DNA of 64,000 nt, from the NCBI GenBank assembly GCA_035649495.1, contig DASRJL010000014.1, forward strand, positions 138 to 64,137, given 5' to 3'. This document shows positions 27,621-37,144 of the stretch, piece after piece. A program made the translations under genes and the position numbers. Within the stretch, counting starts at the first letter, position 1, and every line of letters begins with the position of its first letter. Source of the stretch: Burkholderiales bacterium (GTDB lineage: Bacteria > Pseudomonadota > Gammaproteobacteria > Burkholderiales > SG8-41). The notes under the pieces were generated by a model. It searched no databases and was not told the origin of the DNA. It saw nothing but the letters and a program-made list of their open reading frames with translations.

Positions 27621-27801
27621 CTGGACCCCCGCCTCAGCCTCCACCCCGACCCTTTCATTACGTCTGAGGAGCGGTTTCCTTGAGACGCCGCGCGCATGGC
27701 AGTCCGGGCCTGCGGGAGGGGTGGCGGAATAAATCCTGCAATGAATCAATCGGTTGCCGGAGTCAGACCCCAGGCGAGCGGCGGCGACCCGCGCCTGCGA
27801 G

Positions 27802-27853
27802 CCGTCACCGCCGGTCATCAATCACCGGTCACTGGTCACCGGTCACTGGTCAC
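27802..27853. repeat. tandem heptamer array (YGGTCAC)
   Basis: CGGTCAC TGGTCAC CGGTCAC TGGTCAC plus degenerate units upstream. The last unit supplies the stop codon of 27850..28791. Confidence 0.65.
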
Positions 27854-28791
27854 GCCGTTCCTACAATGGGCGCCAGCGCCGCCCCGATGCGCTGGGAGTG
27901 CTCCGGCGTGATCATGCCGCCCAGCAGTTCGCCGAAGCGCGGCTCACGCACGCCAGAGACGATGTACTGCCAGCGATAGGCCTTGAGGACGCCGGCGCGC
28001 AGGCGGTCCACTTGAGACGGGATGAACGCGCGCCCACAAACCGAGAGAAAGTAATCGACGTCCGCCGCAGCCTGGATCTGCACTATCCCGTCCACCGCGG
28101 CGACCAGCTCGATCAGGTCGTTCACGGCGCGGTCGCGCTCCGCAGGGTTCAGCTTCGCGTTTTCGCGGGTCCATTCGAGCTCGTCGATGATGGCGTGCTG
28201 GGATTCCTCCTTCCAGTGAAAGAGCAGCACGTCCTTGAAGAGGTCGGACAGGCCCGAATCCGGCTCCACGCTCTCGCGATAGTGCGCGAGAACGAACAAC
28301 TCGATATGGCAGGTGAGCGCGAGCACCGCCCAGGTGGACTTGCCGAGCACCGCGGAGGCGACCTCGTTGGGTTGCGGCAGGAACTTGTATCCCGGCGCCA
28401 TTTCCTCTGCCGTCAGGCGCTCGAGCCGCCGGAAGAGCTCCTGGTGCTTGATCTCCTCGTCGGTGAAGCGTACCAGTGCCTCGAGTGCCGACTGATCGCC
28501 GAGCCAGTGCTCCCGGCTCACGTCGAGCATCTTGGCGCCGATGAAGCGCTCGACCAGGGCGAACATGTTTGAATAGGTCCGGCCCTGGACCTGGGAGAGC
28601 AGCCGCCGCTCGCCCACGTCGAGGAAATCGAGCTGGTCGGCGAGCGAGAGCCCGTCGGGCAGGAACTTCTTCGAGAAATCGAACTTGCGGCCGCGAATCA
28701 CGTCGCGGTCTATGTCCCAGCGTATGCGCTTCGATACCTCGATGCACTTCGCGTAGCGGTTGTGGGTCTTCTGCTGTTGTGTGGCTTGCAT
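27850..28791 (-). CDS. ferritin-like diiron protein (putative oxygenase)
   Basis: Two E-x-x-H motifs (TDEEIKH, WKEESQH) with helical spacing typical of diiron carboxylate proteins. Confidence 0.65.
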   Translation of the reverse strand: MQATQQQKTHNRYAKCIEVSKRIRWDIDRDVIRGRKFDFSKKFLPDGLSLADQLDFLDVGERRLLSQVQGRTYSNMFALVERFIGAKMLDVSREHWLGDQSALEALVRFTDEEIKHQELFRRLERLTAEEMAPGYKFLPQPNEVASAVLGKSTWAVLALTCHIELFVLAHYRESVEPDSGLSDLFKDVLLFHWKEESQHAIIDELEWTRENAKLNPAERDRAVNDLIELVAAVDGIVQIQAAADVDYFLSVCGRAFIPSQVDRLRAGVLKAYRWQYIVSGVREPRFGELLGGMITPEHSQRIGAALAPIVGTA

Positions 28792-28931
28792 GCGTATCTC
28801 CCGGTGTGGTTGTTGAGCGATGAAGCGGTCGCCATTGTGACGAGCGCCGGAGCCGGGAACATGAGACAGGAGTCCCGGGACAGGGCCGCTTGCGCCCGTC
28901 CCGGGCCGGGAACAGCCGGGACCGTGGTCCT

Positions 28932-29201
28932 AGAACCTGTTTCATAGTCAGGCACGTGTGCGACGGAGGCGAGGCGGGATGCAGGTCGAGGAGGAGAGCC
29001 CGAAGCAATATGTCGATATTGCGAGGGCTCCCGACAAAGAGATGCGCCCGGATCGCCCCGTCCCCTCCGGGGTTGCGGCCAGGACGGTCGGCTGCATCGT
29101 TGCCCTCCTAGACCATATCGACATATGCCCTTCGTCGGGCGCCTCGCATCCGGTCCGTCCTGGCCACAACGCATCACGCGCCTGGCTATGAAACAGGTTC
29201 T
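28932..29201. mobile_element. MITE-like 270-bp element, copy 2
   Basis: Same length and orientation as 18092..18361. About a dozen substitutions and no indels by eye. Confidence 0.65.
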
Positions 29202-29273
29202 GAATGATCCCGGGTGGCGGTAACGGCTCGATGCTGGCATCATCGGTCGGCCACGACAACGAGCCGGGACCGG

Positions 29274-30353
29274 ATGAAACAGCAGATCCGCTTCTGCACG
29301 ACCCGCGACGGCACGCGAATTGCGTATGCCACGACGGGCGAGGGCCCGCCGTTCGTCAAGGTGTCGAACTGGATGTCGCACCTCGAGTTCGACTGGGACA
29401 GTCCCGTGTGGCGTCACTGGCTGACCGAGCTTTCGCGCAGCCACTCGCTCCTGCGCTACGACGAGCGCGGCTGCGGGCTCTCGGATTGGGAGCCCCGCGA
29501 GCTCTCGTTCGAGGCGTGGGTGAGCGACCTCGAAACCGTGGTGGATGCGGTCGGCCTGGAGCGCTTCCCGCTCCTCGGCATCTCGCAGGGCGCCCCGATC
29601 GCGGTCGCCTACGCGTTGCGCCACCCGGAACGGGTGAGCCACCTGATCCTGCATGGCGGCTATGCGCGCGGACGGCTCAAGCGCGACCTGGGGCCCCAGC
29701 AGGTCAAGGAGGCCGAAACGATGAGAGAGCTGGCGGGGCTCGGCTGGGGCAAGGAGAACCCGGCGTTTCGGCAGTTCTTCACGACGCAGTTCATCCCGGA
29801 CGGGACTCCCGAGCAGCATCGCTGGTTCAACGAGCTGGAGCGGGTATCGGTATCCCCGGTCAACGCGGTCCGCTTCATGACGATCTTCGATCAGATCGAC
29901 GTGACTGCGCTCGCGCCCGCCGTCACATCTCCGACGCTGGTGATGCACCCCACCGGCGACGCGCGCGTGCCCTTCGAGGAGGGTCGGCTGCTCGCCACGC
30001 TCATTCCCGGCGCGCGCTTCGTCCCGCTCGAGAGCCGCAACCACCTGCTGCTCGCGCACGAGCCGGCGTGGCAGCGCTGGCTGGACGAGATGCGCGCCTT
30101 CCTGCCCGCCCCGGCGGCGGCTTCGCGCAAGGCGTTCCCGTCACTGACGCCGCGCGAGATCGAGCTCGTGGACTTGATCGCCCAGGGACTCGACAACGCC
30201 CAGATCGCCGCGCGGCTGACGCTGAGCGAGAAGACGGTGCGCAATCACATCACCAGTATTTTCGCGAAGCTCGAAGTCGAGAACCGCTCGCAGGCGATCG
30301 TGCTCGCCCGCGATGCCGGGTTCGGCCGCCGCGGCGACCAGGCCGCGCGCTAG
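29274..30353 (+). CDS. alpha/beta-hydrolase domain fused to a LuxR-type HTH transcriptional regulator
   Basis: Start at MKQQIRF. GISQG nucleophile elbow. C-terminal LTPREIELVDLIAQGLDNAQIAARLTLSEKTVRNHITSIFAKL is a LuxR/GerE HTH. Confidence 0.8.
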   Translation: MKQQIRFCTTRDGTRIAYATTGEGPPFVKVSNWMSHLEFDWDSPVWRHWLTELSRSHSLLRYDERGCGLSDWEPRELSFEAWVSDLETVVDAVGLERFPLLGISQGAPIAVAYALRHPERVSHLILHGGYARGRLKRDLGPQQVKEAETMRELAGLGWGKENPAFRQFFTTQFIPDGTPEQHRWFNELERVSVSPVNAVRFMTIFDQIDVTALAPAVTSPTLVMHPTGDARVPFEEGRLLATLIPGARFVPLESRNHLLLAHEPAWQRWLDEMRAFLPAPAAASRKAFPSLTPREIELVDLIAQGLDNAQIAARLTLSEKTVRNHITSIFAKLEVENRSQAIVLARDAGFGRRGDQAAR

Positions 30354-30611
30354 GGCTCCAGTCCCGTCTCTCCGGGGGTGACGGTGTGCGCGAATGCCGC
30401 GAATCGGGACCGCCGCCTCATGCGCGCGCCCCGGGGAACGCCGAGAATCGGCGTCATGGTTGACTCGTGTCGCAAGTTGCAGCGCGAGGTTGACTCGCCG
30501 GGGACAACGCTCGCAAAATCCGCTGACCGGGAGCACGAAGCGACTCCCTGCGACGCCGCGATCGACGCGCCGGCGCCTGCCGTTTCATCAACCGCAACCC
30601 AGGAGATACAC

Positions 30612-31265
30612 ATGGCACTCCGCATAGGCGACGAAGCACCGGATTTCACCGCGCAAACGACCGAAGGGACGATCAGGTTCCACGACTGGATCGGCAACGG
30701 ATGGGCGATCCTGTTCTCGCATCCGAAGGATTTCACCCCGGTCTGCACCACCGAGCTGGGCTACATGGCGCGCATCAAGGGCGAGTTCGACAAGCGCAAC
30801 ACGAAGATCATCGGCCTCTCCGCCGACCCCGTGGACGATCACAAGAAGTGGTCGAAGGACATCGAGGAAACGCAGGGCACCGCACCGAACTACCCGATGA
30901 TCGGCGATCCGGAGCTCCAGGTGGCGAAGCTCTACGACATGCTGCCGGCGGAGGCGACCCCGGGCAAGCGCACTGCCGCGGACAACGCCACGGTGCGCAC
31001 CGTGTTCCTGGTCGGCCCGGACAAGAAAATCAAGCTGATGCTGTTCTACCCGATGACCACCGGCCGCAACTTCGAGGAAGTGGTGCGCGTGCTCGATTCG
31101 CTGCAGCTCACCGCGAAGCACAAGGTGGCGACCCCCGCGAACTGGAAACAGGGACAGGACGTGATCATCGCGGGCTCGGTCAGCGACGACGATGCGAAGA
31201 AACAGTATCCCGCGGGCTGGAAGTCGCCGAAGCCCTACCTGCGGATCGTGCCGCAGCCCAAGTAG
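30612..31265 (+). CDS. 1-Cys peroxiredoxin (Prx6-type)
   Basis: AGGAGA RBS 5 nt upstream of the ATG. MALRIGDEAPDF...SHPKDFTPVCTTELG signature. Confidence 0.9.
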   Translation: MALRIGDEAPDFTAQTTEGTIRFHDWIGNGWAILFSHPKDFTPVCTTELGYMARIKGEFDKRNTKIIGLSADPVDDHKKWSKDIEETQGTAPNYPMIGDPELQVAKLYDMLPAEATPGKRTAADNATVRTVFLVGPDKKIKLMLFYPMTTGRNFEEVVRVLDSLQLTAKHKVATPANWKQGQDVIIAGSVSDDDAKKQYPAGWKSPKPYLRIVPQPK

Positions 31266-31874
31266 CTTGGGGGGCGTGACGGATGATGCGCCTTATCCGT
31301 CACGCCGTATCCCGTCACGGCCTTTAGCCGCGTATGCCCATAACGGGAGTTGGGATGAGCTGATGGTTGGAGGTGTAGGTGGGATTCGTGTAGTGCATCG
31401 AGGGCGAGTCTGTAGGACGCGCAACGAAAGTTATCGAATACGCCGCAAACGCAAACGCTGCGAACCACTTCGTTCTGCCCGACACCGTATACCTCGAAAT
31501 TTGCACCTGCAGCCGCTGATTGAATGCGGCTAAACCTTTTGGCCTAGGTCACTGCAATAACCGTGCGCGCGTGGCGGAATCCCGCTATTTTTCTCGCTAA
31601 ATTACTGATTTAATGACTGACTTTCGGCACTAACGTCGAAAGGTCGACAAAGCCGGAATTGCCGCTTTGTAAAAGAAACCCGACAGAAATTGCCGCGGGG
31701 AGCGCGGCCTTATGTCCGTTTTTTCAAAGGGCTGCCGCTATGGTGTTGTTTTGACGGCGATAGTCCGAGCTGGTGAGGAGTAGAGTTTGTAAAAAATACC
31801 GACATCATTCTGCCGGTAAAGAATTCCGACTGTTACGGATTCGTAGGAACACCCCCCCCATAGGTCGGGTTCAT

Positions 31875-33233
31875 CTAATCAGCCCCGGAAAGGCGCTGAC
31901 GTACAAAAATGACGTGCTCCCGCAGCACGTACAGCTCGCCGGCGAAGGACAGCGGTACCTTGATCCCGCCGACGCCCCGCTCGACATCGGCGAGCCGCTT
32001 CAGCAGCTCTTCGCGCTCCGCGGGCCCCGGATTCTCGCGGACTTCCCTCTCCAGCGCGAGCAACGCGCCGTACCAGCGGTAAATGCGCGAACCCACGCGC
32101 CAGCGGTACAGGGCGGGCGCAATCCGCATTCCCGGCAGCAGGATCACGAGAACCGGCACGAGCAGCACCGCCATGCGATCGACGAGGCTCGCGACCCAGA
32201 ACGGCAGGTAGCGGTAGAGGAATCCCTTACCCGACTTGTAATAGCGGGTGGCATTGCCGCTGATCGGGAATTCCCGCTCGACCGGCGCGGGAAACTCGCC
32301 CGCTTTCTGCAGCGTGCCGGCCTTGCCATGGACCTCGGTCGCCGCCTCGATCAGCAGGTCGGACAGCGCCGGGTGCAGGTCCTCCCGCGCGATCAGCTCG
32401 ACGGTAGGTCCGACCAGTTGCAGGTTGCGCGCCGGGATGTTGCGCCCCAGGTCAATGGTCCCCATGGGAACTTCCAGCTTGTTCAGGTAGCGGAAGCGCC
32501 GCGTGTAGCCATCCGCCTGCGGGAAGTCGAAGAGGCGAACGCCCTTCGTCTCCATGAGCTTGCGCATGACCTGCCCCGCCGCGGAATCCCCCATGAGAAA
32601 GGCCGCGTCGGTCCTGCCCTCGAGCAGCGCCTCCACGGCCGCGCTTCCGGAAAGATCCAGCAGCACGGTGGCGCCCCCGGGCTCGATGCCGTTCGCCTTG
32701 AGCAGTGCGAGCGACAGCACGTGCGCGCCGCTCCCCTCCGCGCCGATCGCCACCCGCTTTCCCTTGAGCTCGGAGAGTCGGGTAATCCGGCGCCCCGTAT
32801 AGAAGACCGCGAGGGGCTGATGGAACATGCTCCCCAGCGATACGAGGCCCTTGATAGTCACGCCCTCGGCGACGCCGGCCTGCACGAACCCGACGTCGAC
32901 CGTGAACGCGGGATCCGCGAGCCGCTTGAGATTCTCCAGCGAGCCGAGCGAAGGAAGGATCTCGAGCTTGACGCCGTTACGCGCCAGTATCTTGCGGTAG
33001 CGCTCGGCATGCAGCTGGAAGGTGCTGCCTTCGGGACCCGCGGTGATGACGATCGTATCGGGCGGAGCCGGGCGGACGAACCAGAACGCCGCCCAGATCG
33101 CCGCAGCGCTCAAGAGGATGACGGGACCCAGCGTGAGCGCCAGGTCGCGCCACGAGACGAGCGCAAGCCGCGAGGGCAGCCGCAGCGGCCCGAACCTTCT
33201 GCTCGGCGGAGTCTGCGGCGCGTTGTCGCTCAT
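31875..33233 (-). CDS. TAXI-family TRAP transporter solute-binding protein with membrane segments
   Basis: N-terminal TM segment, a TAXI-like binding domain (VAIGAEGSGAHVL) and a C-terminal hydrophobic region. Confidence 0.7.
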   Translation of the reverse strand: MSDNAPQTPPSRRFGPLRLPSRLALVSWRDLALTLGPVILLSAAAIWAAFWFVRPAPPDTIVITAGPEGSTFQLHAERYRKILARNGVKLEILPSLGSLENLKRLADPAFTVDVGFVQAGVAEGVTIKGLVSLGSMFHQPLAVFYTGRRITRLSELKGKRVAIGAEGSGAHVLSLALLKANGIEPGGATVLLDLSGSAAVEALLEGRTDAAFLMGDSAAGQVMRKLMETKGVRLFDFPQADGYTRRFRYLNKLEVPMGTIDLGRNIPARNLQLVGPTVELIAREDLHPALSDLLIEAATEVHGKAGTLQKAGEFPAPVEREFPISGNATRYYKSGKGFLYRYLPFWVASLVDRMAVLLVPVLVILLPGMRIAPALYRWRVGSRIYRWYGALLALEREVRENPGPAEREELLKRLADVERGVGGIKVPLSFAGELYVLREHVIFVRQRLSGAD

Positions 33234-33245
33234 CGCGCAACCAGC

Positions 33246-33285
33246 AGGTCACGGCTCACTGGACTGGTCACTGGTCACTGGTCAC
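33246..33285. repeat. tandem heptamer array (TGGTCAC)
   Basis: AGGTCAC GGCTCAC TGGAC TGGTCAC TGGTCAC TGGTCAC. Encodes the last codons and the TGA of 33275..34150. Confidence 0.65.
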
Positions 33286-34150
33286 AGAAGTACCGGTCCG
33301 CCATCACCTGGCAGCGCTTGATGAGGCGATGCTCGCCCGGGCCGTAGTCGGCCACGGCGTTGTGGATCGTGCCGATATCCTCCCACACGAGAACGTCGCG
33401 CTCCTGCCAGTGAAAGGCGTAGCGGTACTCGGGCGCGAGCTGGTGCGCAAACAGGAACTCGAGCAGCTCCGCGCTTTCCTTCTCCGGCAATTCATTGATC
33501 CGCACAGCGTAGCCGGGATTGGCGTAGAGCACCTTGCGGCCGGTGAGTGGATGAGTAAGGACCGCCGGGTGCGAGACAGGCGGCTTCGCCTTTCTCTGCG
33601 CGTCGCTGAGCGGCGGGCGCTTGCTGCCCTTTTCGCGCCGCATCATCTCCCAGAACTTTTCGAAATCGTGCAGCACGGTCATGCCTTCCAGGCGCCGCTT
33701 GAGGTCGGCGGGCAACCCCTCGTACGCAGCGTGCATGTTGCTGAACTCGGTCGCCCCGAGCGGACTGCCGTCGCGCAGCGGGATCCGGATGCCGTAGAGC
33801 ACGTTCGCGAAGGCGAACCTCCGGCTGTACGACATGTCCGTGTGCCAGCCCTGCCCGGCGTCCGCGAAGCCGATCGGCTTGCCGTTCTCCACGATGTTGG
33901 AAAGGATCATCACCTCCGGAACGCCCGGCTCCTGGTGGCTGCCGGCGACGTTCACTTCCAGCGTTCCGAAGCGCGCGCTGAAGTCGGCGAGCTGGCGTCC
34001 GGTGAGGCTCTGGCGGGGGAAGCGCAGGACGCCGTAGCGGCCGAGCGCGGCCACCACGGCGGCGTGCTCCACGTCCGGCAACGGCTGCGCGAGGTCGAGT
34101 CCCTCGATCGTCGCGCCGAGGCTTTGCCCGCTGGGCGTTAGTTTCAGCAT
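33275..34150 (-). CDS. TauD/TfdA-family Fe(II)/2-oxoglutarate dioxygenase
   Basis: GWHTDMSY (H-x-D) and family-wide pattern. Confidence 0.85.
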   Translation of the reverse strand: MLKLTPSGQSLGATIEGLDLAQPLPDVEHAAVVAALGRYGVLRFPRQSLTGRQLADFSARFGTLEVNVAGSHQEPGVPEVMILSNIVENGKPIGFADAGQGWHTDMSYSRRFAFANVLYGIRIPLRDGSPLGATEFSNMHAAYEGLPADLKRRLEGMTVLHDFEKFWEMMRREKGSKRPPLSDAQRKAKPPVSHPAVLTHPLTGRKVLYANPGYAVRINELPEKESAELLEFLFAHQLAPEYRYAFHWQERDVLVWEDIGTIHNAVADYGPGEHRLIKRCQVMADRYFCDQ

Positions 34151-34178
34151 TGCTCTATCTCTCCGTCAAAACCATTCA

Positions 34179-34316
34179 GCCACGGAAACACACGGACGTA
34201 CACGGAAAAAAGCAGAGCGAAGCACCGGATCGGGACATACCACCGTCCGATCGGATCATCCCGTTTCGCTCCAAATCGCAATTCTGTCCGTGTGTTTCCG
34301 TGTGATTCCGTGGCCA
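34179..34316. repeat. inverted-arm element family E (CACGGAA/ACACGGA arms), copy 1
   Basis: GCCACGGAAACACACGGACGTACACGGAA ... TTCCGTGTGATTCCGTGGCC. Confidence 0.65.
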
Positions 34317-34342
34317 GGGGTTTGGACATTACTCGTCATTCA

Positions 34343-35329
34343 TCATTCCACCTTCATCCCGCGCTCCTTGATTACCTTGCCCCACTTCGCCGCTTCCTTC
34401 TTCAGGTGGGCACCCAGCTCTTCGGGCGAGCTGGCGATGACGTCGTAGCCCAGTTCACGGAAACGTTGCTGCAGATCCGGAGCGTGCATGGCCTTGGCAA
34501 TGCGGTCGTTCAACAGCATGACGATCGCGCGCGGCGTGTTCTTCGGCGCCACGATGGCGTTCCAGGTCACGAACTCGTAGCCCGGGACGCCCGATTCCGC
34601 GATGGTCGGCACGTCCGGCAACGCCTCCGAGCGCTTTGTACTGGTAACCCCCAGCGCACGCAGCCGACCCGCCTTCGCGTAGCGAGAAGTCTCCGCGATG
34701 CCGGAGAACGATATGCTCACCTCGCCACTGATCGTGGCGATGAGCGCAGGGCCACCGCCCTTGAAGTGGACCACGACGAGGTTGACCTTGCCGAGATAGT
34801 TGAAGAGCTCGCCGGCGATATGGGGATTGGTGCCGGGGCCCGCCGACCCGTAGTTCAGCGTGCCCGGCTTCGACTTCGCGAGCTGCAGGAGGTCGCCCAC
34901 GGAGCGCGCCGGCAGCGAGGGATGGACGGCCACGGCGGACGCCGAGGAGGCGAGCAGCATGATCGGCGCGAAGTCGTTAATCCCGTCGTAGGGAACGCGG
35001 TTGAAGAGAAGCGTGTTGGTCACGAGCGGGATGGTGTTCACGAGCAGGGTATAGCCGTCGGGAGCAGAGCGCGCCACCAGCTCGGTGCCTATGGTGCCGG
35101 CGGCGCCGGTGCGATTGTCGACGATGAACTGCTGGCCGAGGCTCTCGGTCAGCCTGGGGGCCAGCACGCGCGAGAAGAAATCGACGGTTCCACCGGGCGG
35201 AAACGGCGCGATGATACGCACCGTCTTCACGGGATAGTTGTCGGTCTGCGCCTGTCCGGCTCCCGGCGCCGACATTGCAGCCGCGCAGGCGGCCACAGCC
35301 AGCATTGTTCTCAATGCATTCCTCCTCAT
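34343..35329 (-). CDS. Bug-family substrate-binding protein
   Basis: Signal peptide, then VRIIAPFPPGGTVD and DNRTGAAG motifs. Confidence 0.9.
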   Translation of the reverse strand: MRRNALRTMLAVAACAAAMSAPGAGQAQTDNYPVKTVRIIAPFPPGGTVDFFSRVLAPRLTESLGQQFIVDNRTGAAGTIGTELVARSAPDGYTLLVNTIPLVTNTLLFNRVPYDGINDFAPIMLLASSASAVAVHPSLPARSVGDLLQLAKSKPGTLNYGSAGPGTNPHIAGELFNYLGKVNLVVVHFKGGGPALIATISGEVSISFSGIAETSRYAKAGRLRALGVTSTKRSEALPDVPTIAESGVPGYEFVTWNAIVAPKNTPRAIVMLLNDRIAKAMHAPDLQQRFRELGYDVIASSPEELGAHLKKEAAKWGKVIKERGMKVE

Positions 35330-35368
35330 CGATTCAACTTACGCCGGATTGTATCCGCGAATGGACCC

Positions 35369-35494
35369 GACCACCCCGTCACTACGTGACACCCCTCCTA
35401 TATGAAGGAGGGGATTTTCCTGCACGACGTGAGCAGCGGTTGTTCTCCCCTCCTCCGATGAGGAGGGGTGGCGCGCGTACGCCCGCCGGGGTGG
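35369..35494. repeat. composite palindromic element family B, copy 1 (permuted arrangement)
   Basis: GACCACCCC ... CCCCTCCTATATGAAGGAGGGG ... CCCCTCCTCCGATGAGGAGGGGTGGCGCG...CCGCCGGGGTGG. Confidence 0.6.
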
Positions 35495-35499
35495 CGCTT

Positions 35500-37116
35500 T
35501 CACTCTCTGCGCGCCACGTTGCGTATGCGCCTCTCGCCGCTTGGCGCGACGGGAGAGCGCTCCCCGATGTAGCGGGCGAGCGCCTCCCGGGCGTCGGGGC
35601 CACCTGAGCGGTCCCGCCCTTCGCGCAGGACACCGATCCCGTCTCCGCCGGCGGCCAGGAAGCTGTTTACCGTGACCCGGTAGGATTGATCGAGTCTCAT
35701 CGGCTGTCCGCTGATCGTGATGCTATCCGGCACCACCCGGCCGCCGGGAGGCAGCGCGGGATTCCAGGCATAGCTGAATCCCCTCGACACCTGCAGCACG
35801 GACTGCTCGGGTCCCTGCCATTGCCGCTCGAGCAGGCTCAATATCTGCGCGCCGGTCAGAGTCATCGTGACCAGCGTATTGCCGAACGGATACACGGAAT
35901 AGACGTCGGCATACGAAATACCACCGCCGTCTCTTGCTTCCAGAGACATCCGTACGCCGCCCGGATTCATGAACGCGACTACGGCGCCGGCGGCCGCCGT
36001 GGCCGCGAGGTGGGCGTCCGCGATGAACTGGCCGAGCGGCGATTCTCCATCGGGATTGACCCGGCGGGTGATCGGGGCGCCCAACCGTCCCACGACGCGC
36101 TGCAGTCCTTCCGCCAGGGCCGCGTACCGCGCAAGAAGCACCGCCTGCGCGCCGTCCGGCGGAATCTCCGGGGCGACGAGATGATTCACGGCCGCCGCGG
36201 AAATGACATCGCGCGACACCGGGTCGATGGCGAGGTCGATCTCGGTCAGAAACCTGCCGTACGATCCCGCGCTCGTAACGAGCTTGCCGCCGAGCCTGCA
36301 GACGTAGGCGCGATGCGTGTGCGCGCTCACCACGACATCCACGGCGGGATCCAGGCGGCGCGCGATATCGACTATCGGCCCGACCGGATCGACGCACTCG
36401 TTCGCCCCGCCCGCTGTCATGCCGCCCTGGTGCAGCAGCACGACAATCGCCTCTATTCCCTGCTGCCGCACCACCGGCACGAGCGCGTTGACCGTTTCCA
36501 CTTCGTCGCGGAATTCGAGTCCTGCGCGAGCGGCCGGTGAGAGCATGATCGGAGTCTCCTTGAGCGTCACGCCGATGAATGCCACTTTCACGCCGGCGTA
36601 CTCCCTGACCCCGTATGGGGGCAGGAGCGGCTTGCCCGTGTCGCGCGCGATGACGTTCGCAGCGAGCATGCCAAAACGGGCCCCGGCAAACGACGCGCCC
36701 GACTTGCACCCGGCCGCCGGGCACCCGCCCTGCTGCATGCGGCCAAGGTGCTCTGCCCCGCGGTCGAATTCGTGGTTTCCGACCCCGTTGAAATCCAGGC
36801 CGGCCAGGTTCATGGCCTCTATCACGGGCTCTTCGTCGAACGAAGCCGCCAGGAGCGGCGAAGCTCCGAACAGGTCGCCGGCCGAAACGAACGCGAAATT
36901 GGGGCTGCGGGCGCGCAGGCGGCCGACCAGCGTGGCGACCCGGGCGATTCCCCCTGCGCGCACGCTGGCGCCGCCGATCGTTACGCTCTCGCTGGGAGGC
37001 TCGAGGTTGCCGTGAAGGTCGTTGATGGCGGCGATGGTCACGCGTATCGGCTGCTGCGCGGACGCAACGCTCGCCACGATGGCGAGCAAGAACGCGGAGA
37101 GCCATCTCGCACGCAC
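35500..37116 (-). CDS. bifunctional metallophosphatase/5'-nucleotidase
   Basis: INDLHGNLE, GNHEFD and a 5'-nucleotidase C-terminal domain. Start set to GTG 37116, which gives signal peptide MRARWLSAFLLAIVASVASA. The track ORF extends into repeat element B2. Confidence 0.8.
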   Translation of the reverse strand: MRARWLSAFLLAIVASVASAQQPIRVTIAAINDLHGNLEPPSESVTIGGASVRAGGIARVATLVGRLRARSPNFAFVSAGDLFGASPLLAASFDEEPVIEAMNLAGLDFNGVGNHEFDRGAEHLGRMQQGGCPAAGCKSGASFAGARFGMLAANVIARDTGKPLLPPYGVREYAGVKVAFIGVTLKETPIMLSPAARAGLEFRDEVETVNALVPVVRQQGIEAIVVLLHQGGMTAGGANECVDPVGPIVDIARRLDPAVDVVVSAHTHRAYVCRLGGKLVTSAGSYGRFLTEIDLAIDPVSRDVISAAAVNHLVAPEIPPDGAQAVLLARYAALAEGLQRVVGRLGAPITRRVNPDGESPLGQFIADAHLAATAAAGAVVAFMNPGGVRMSLEARDGGGISYADVYSVYPFGNTLVTMTLTGAQILSLLERQWQGPEQSVLQVSRGFSYAWNPALPPGGRVVPDSITISGQPMRLDQSYRVTVNSFLAAGGDGIGVLREGRDRSGGPDAREALARYIGERSPVAPSGERRIRNVARRE

Positions 37117-37144
37117 GGCGAGACGTGATAGCCGTAGGATGAAA

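Noticed and set aside
25383-27683. Very long antisense ORFs in the track (for example 924..2051, 16585..18309, 25383..27683, 28710..30059, 31773..33347, 42444..43625, 45978..47699, 49907..51154, 56119..57492 and 61070..62440).
   Set aside because: They are Arg/Ala/Gly/Pro-rich shadow ORFs lying opposite well-supported genes with clear family motifs, as is typical of GC-rich DNA.
27802-27853. Tandem short repeats considered as possible CRISPR arrays (also 33246..33285, 38348..38375 and 49309..49425).
   Set aside because: The units are 7-13 nt with no unique spacers, far below CRISPR repeat and spacer sizes. No cas genes are present.
30378-30611. Long N-terminal extension of the peroxiredoxin ORF.
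   Set aside because: The canonical Prx N-terminus (MALRIGDEAPDF) starts at ATG 30612, right after AGGAGA. The extension has non-coding-like composition.
35382-35633. ORFs reading ...PLLYEGGDF... through the family-B elements (35275..35607, 37210..37716 and 43729..44016).
   Set aside because: The shared peptide is produced by the palindromic repeat CCCCTCCTATATGAAGGAGGGG, which occurs in both orientations and different frames. It is not a protein family.
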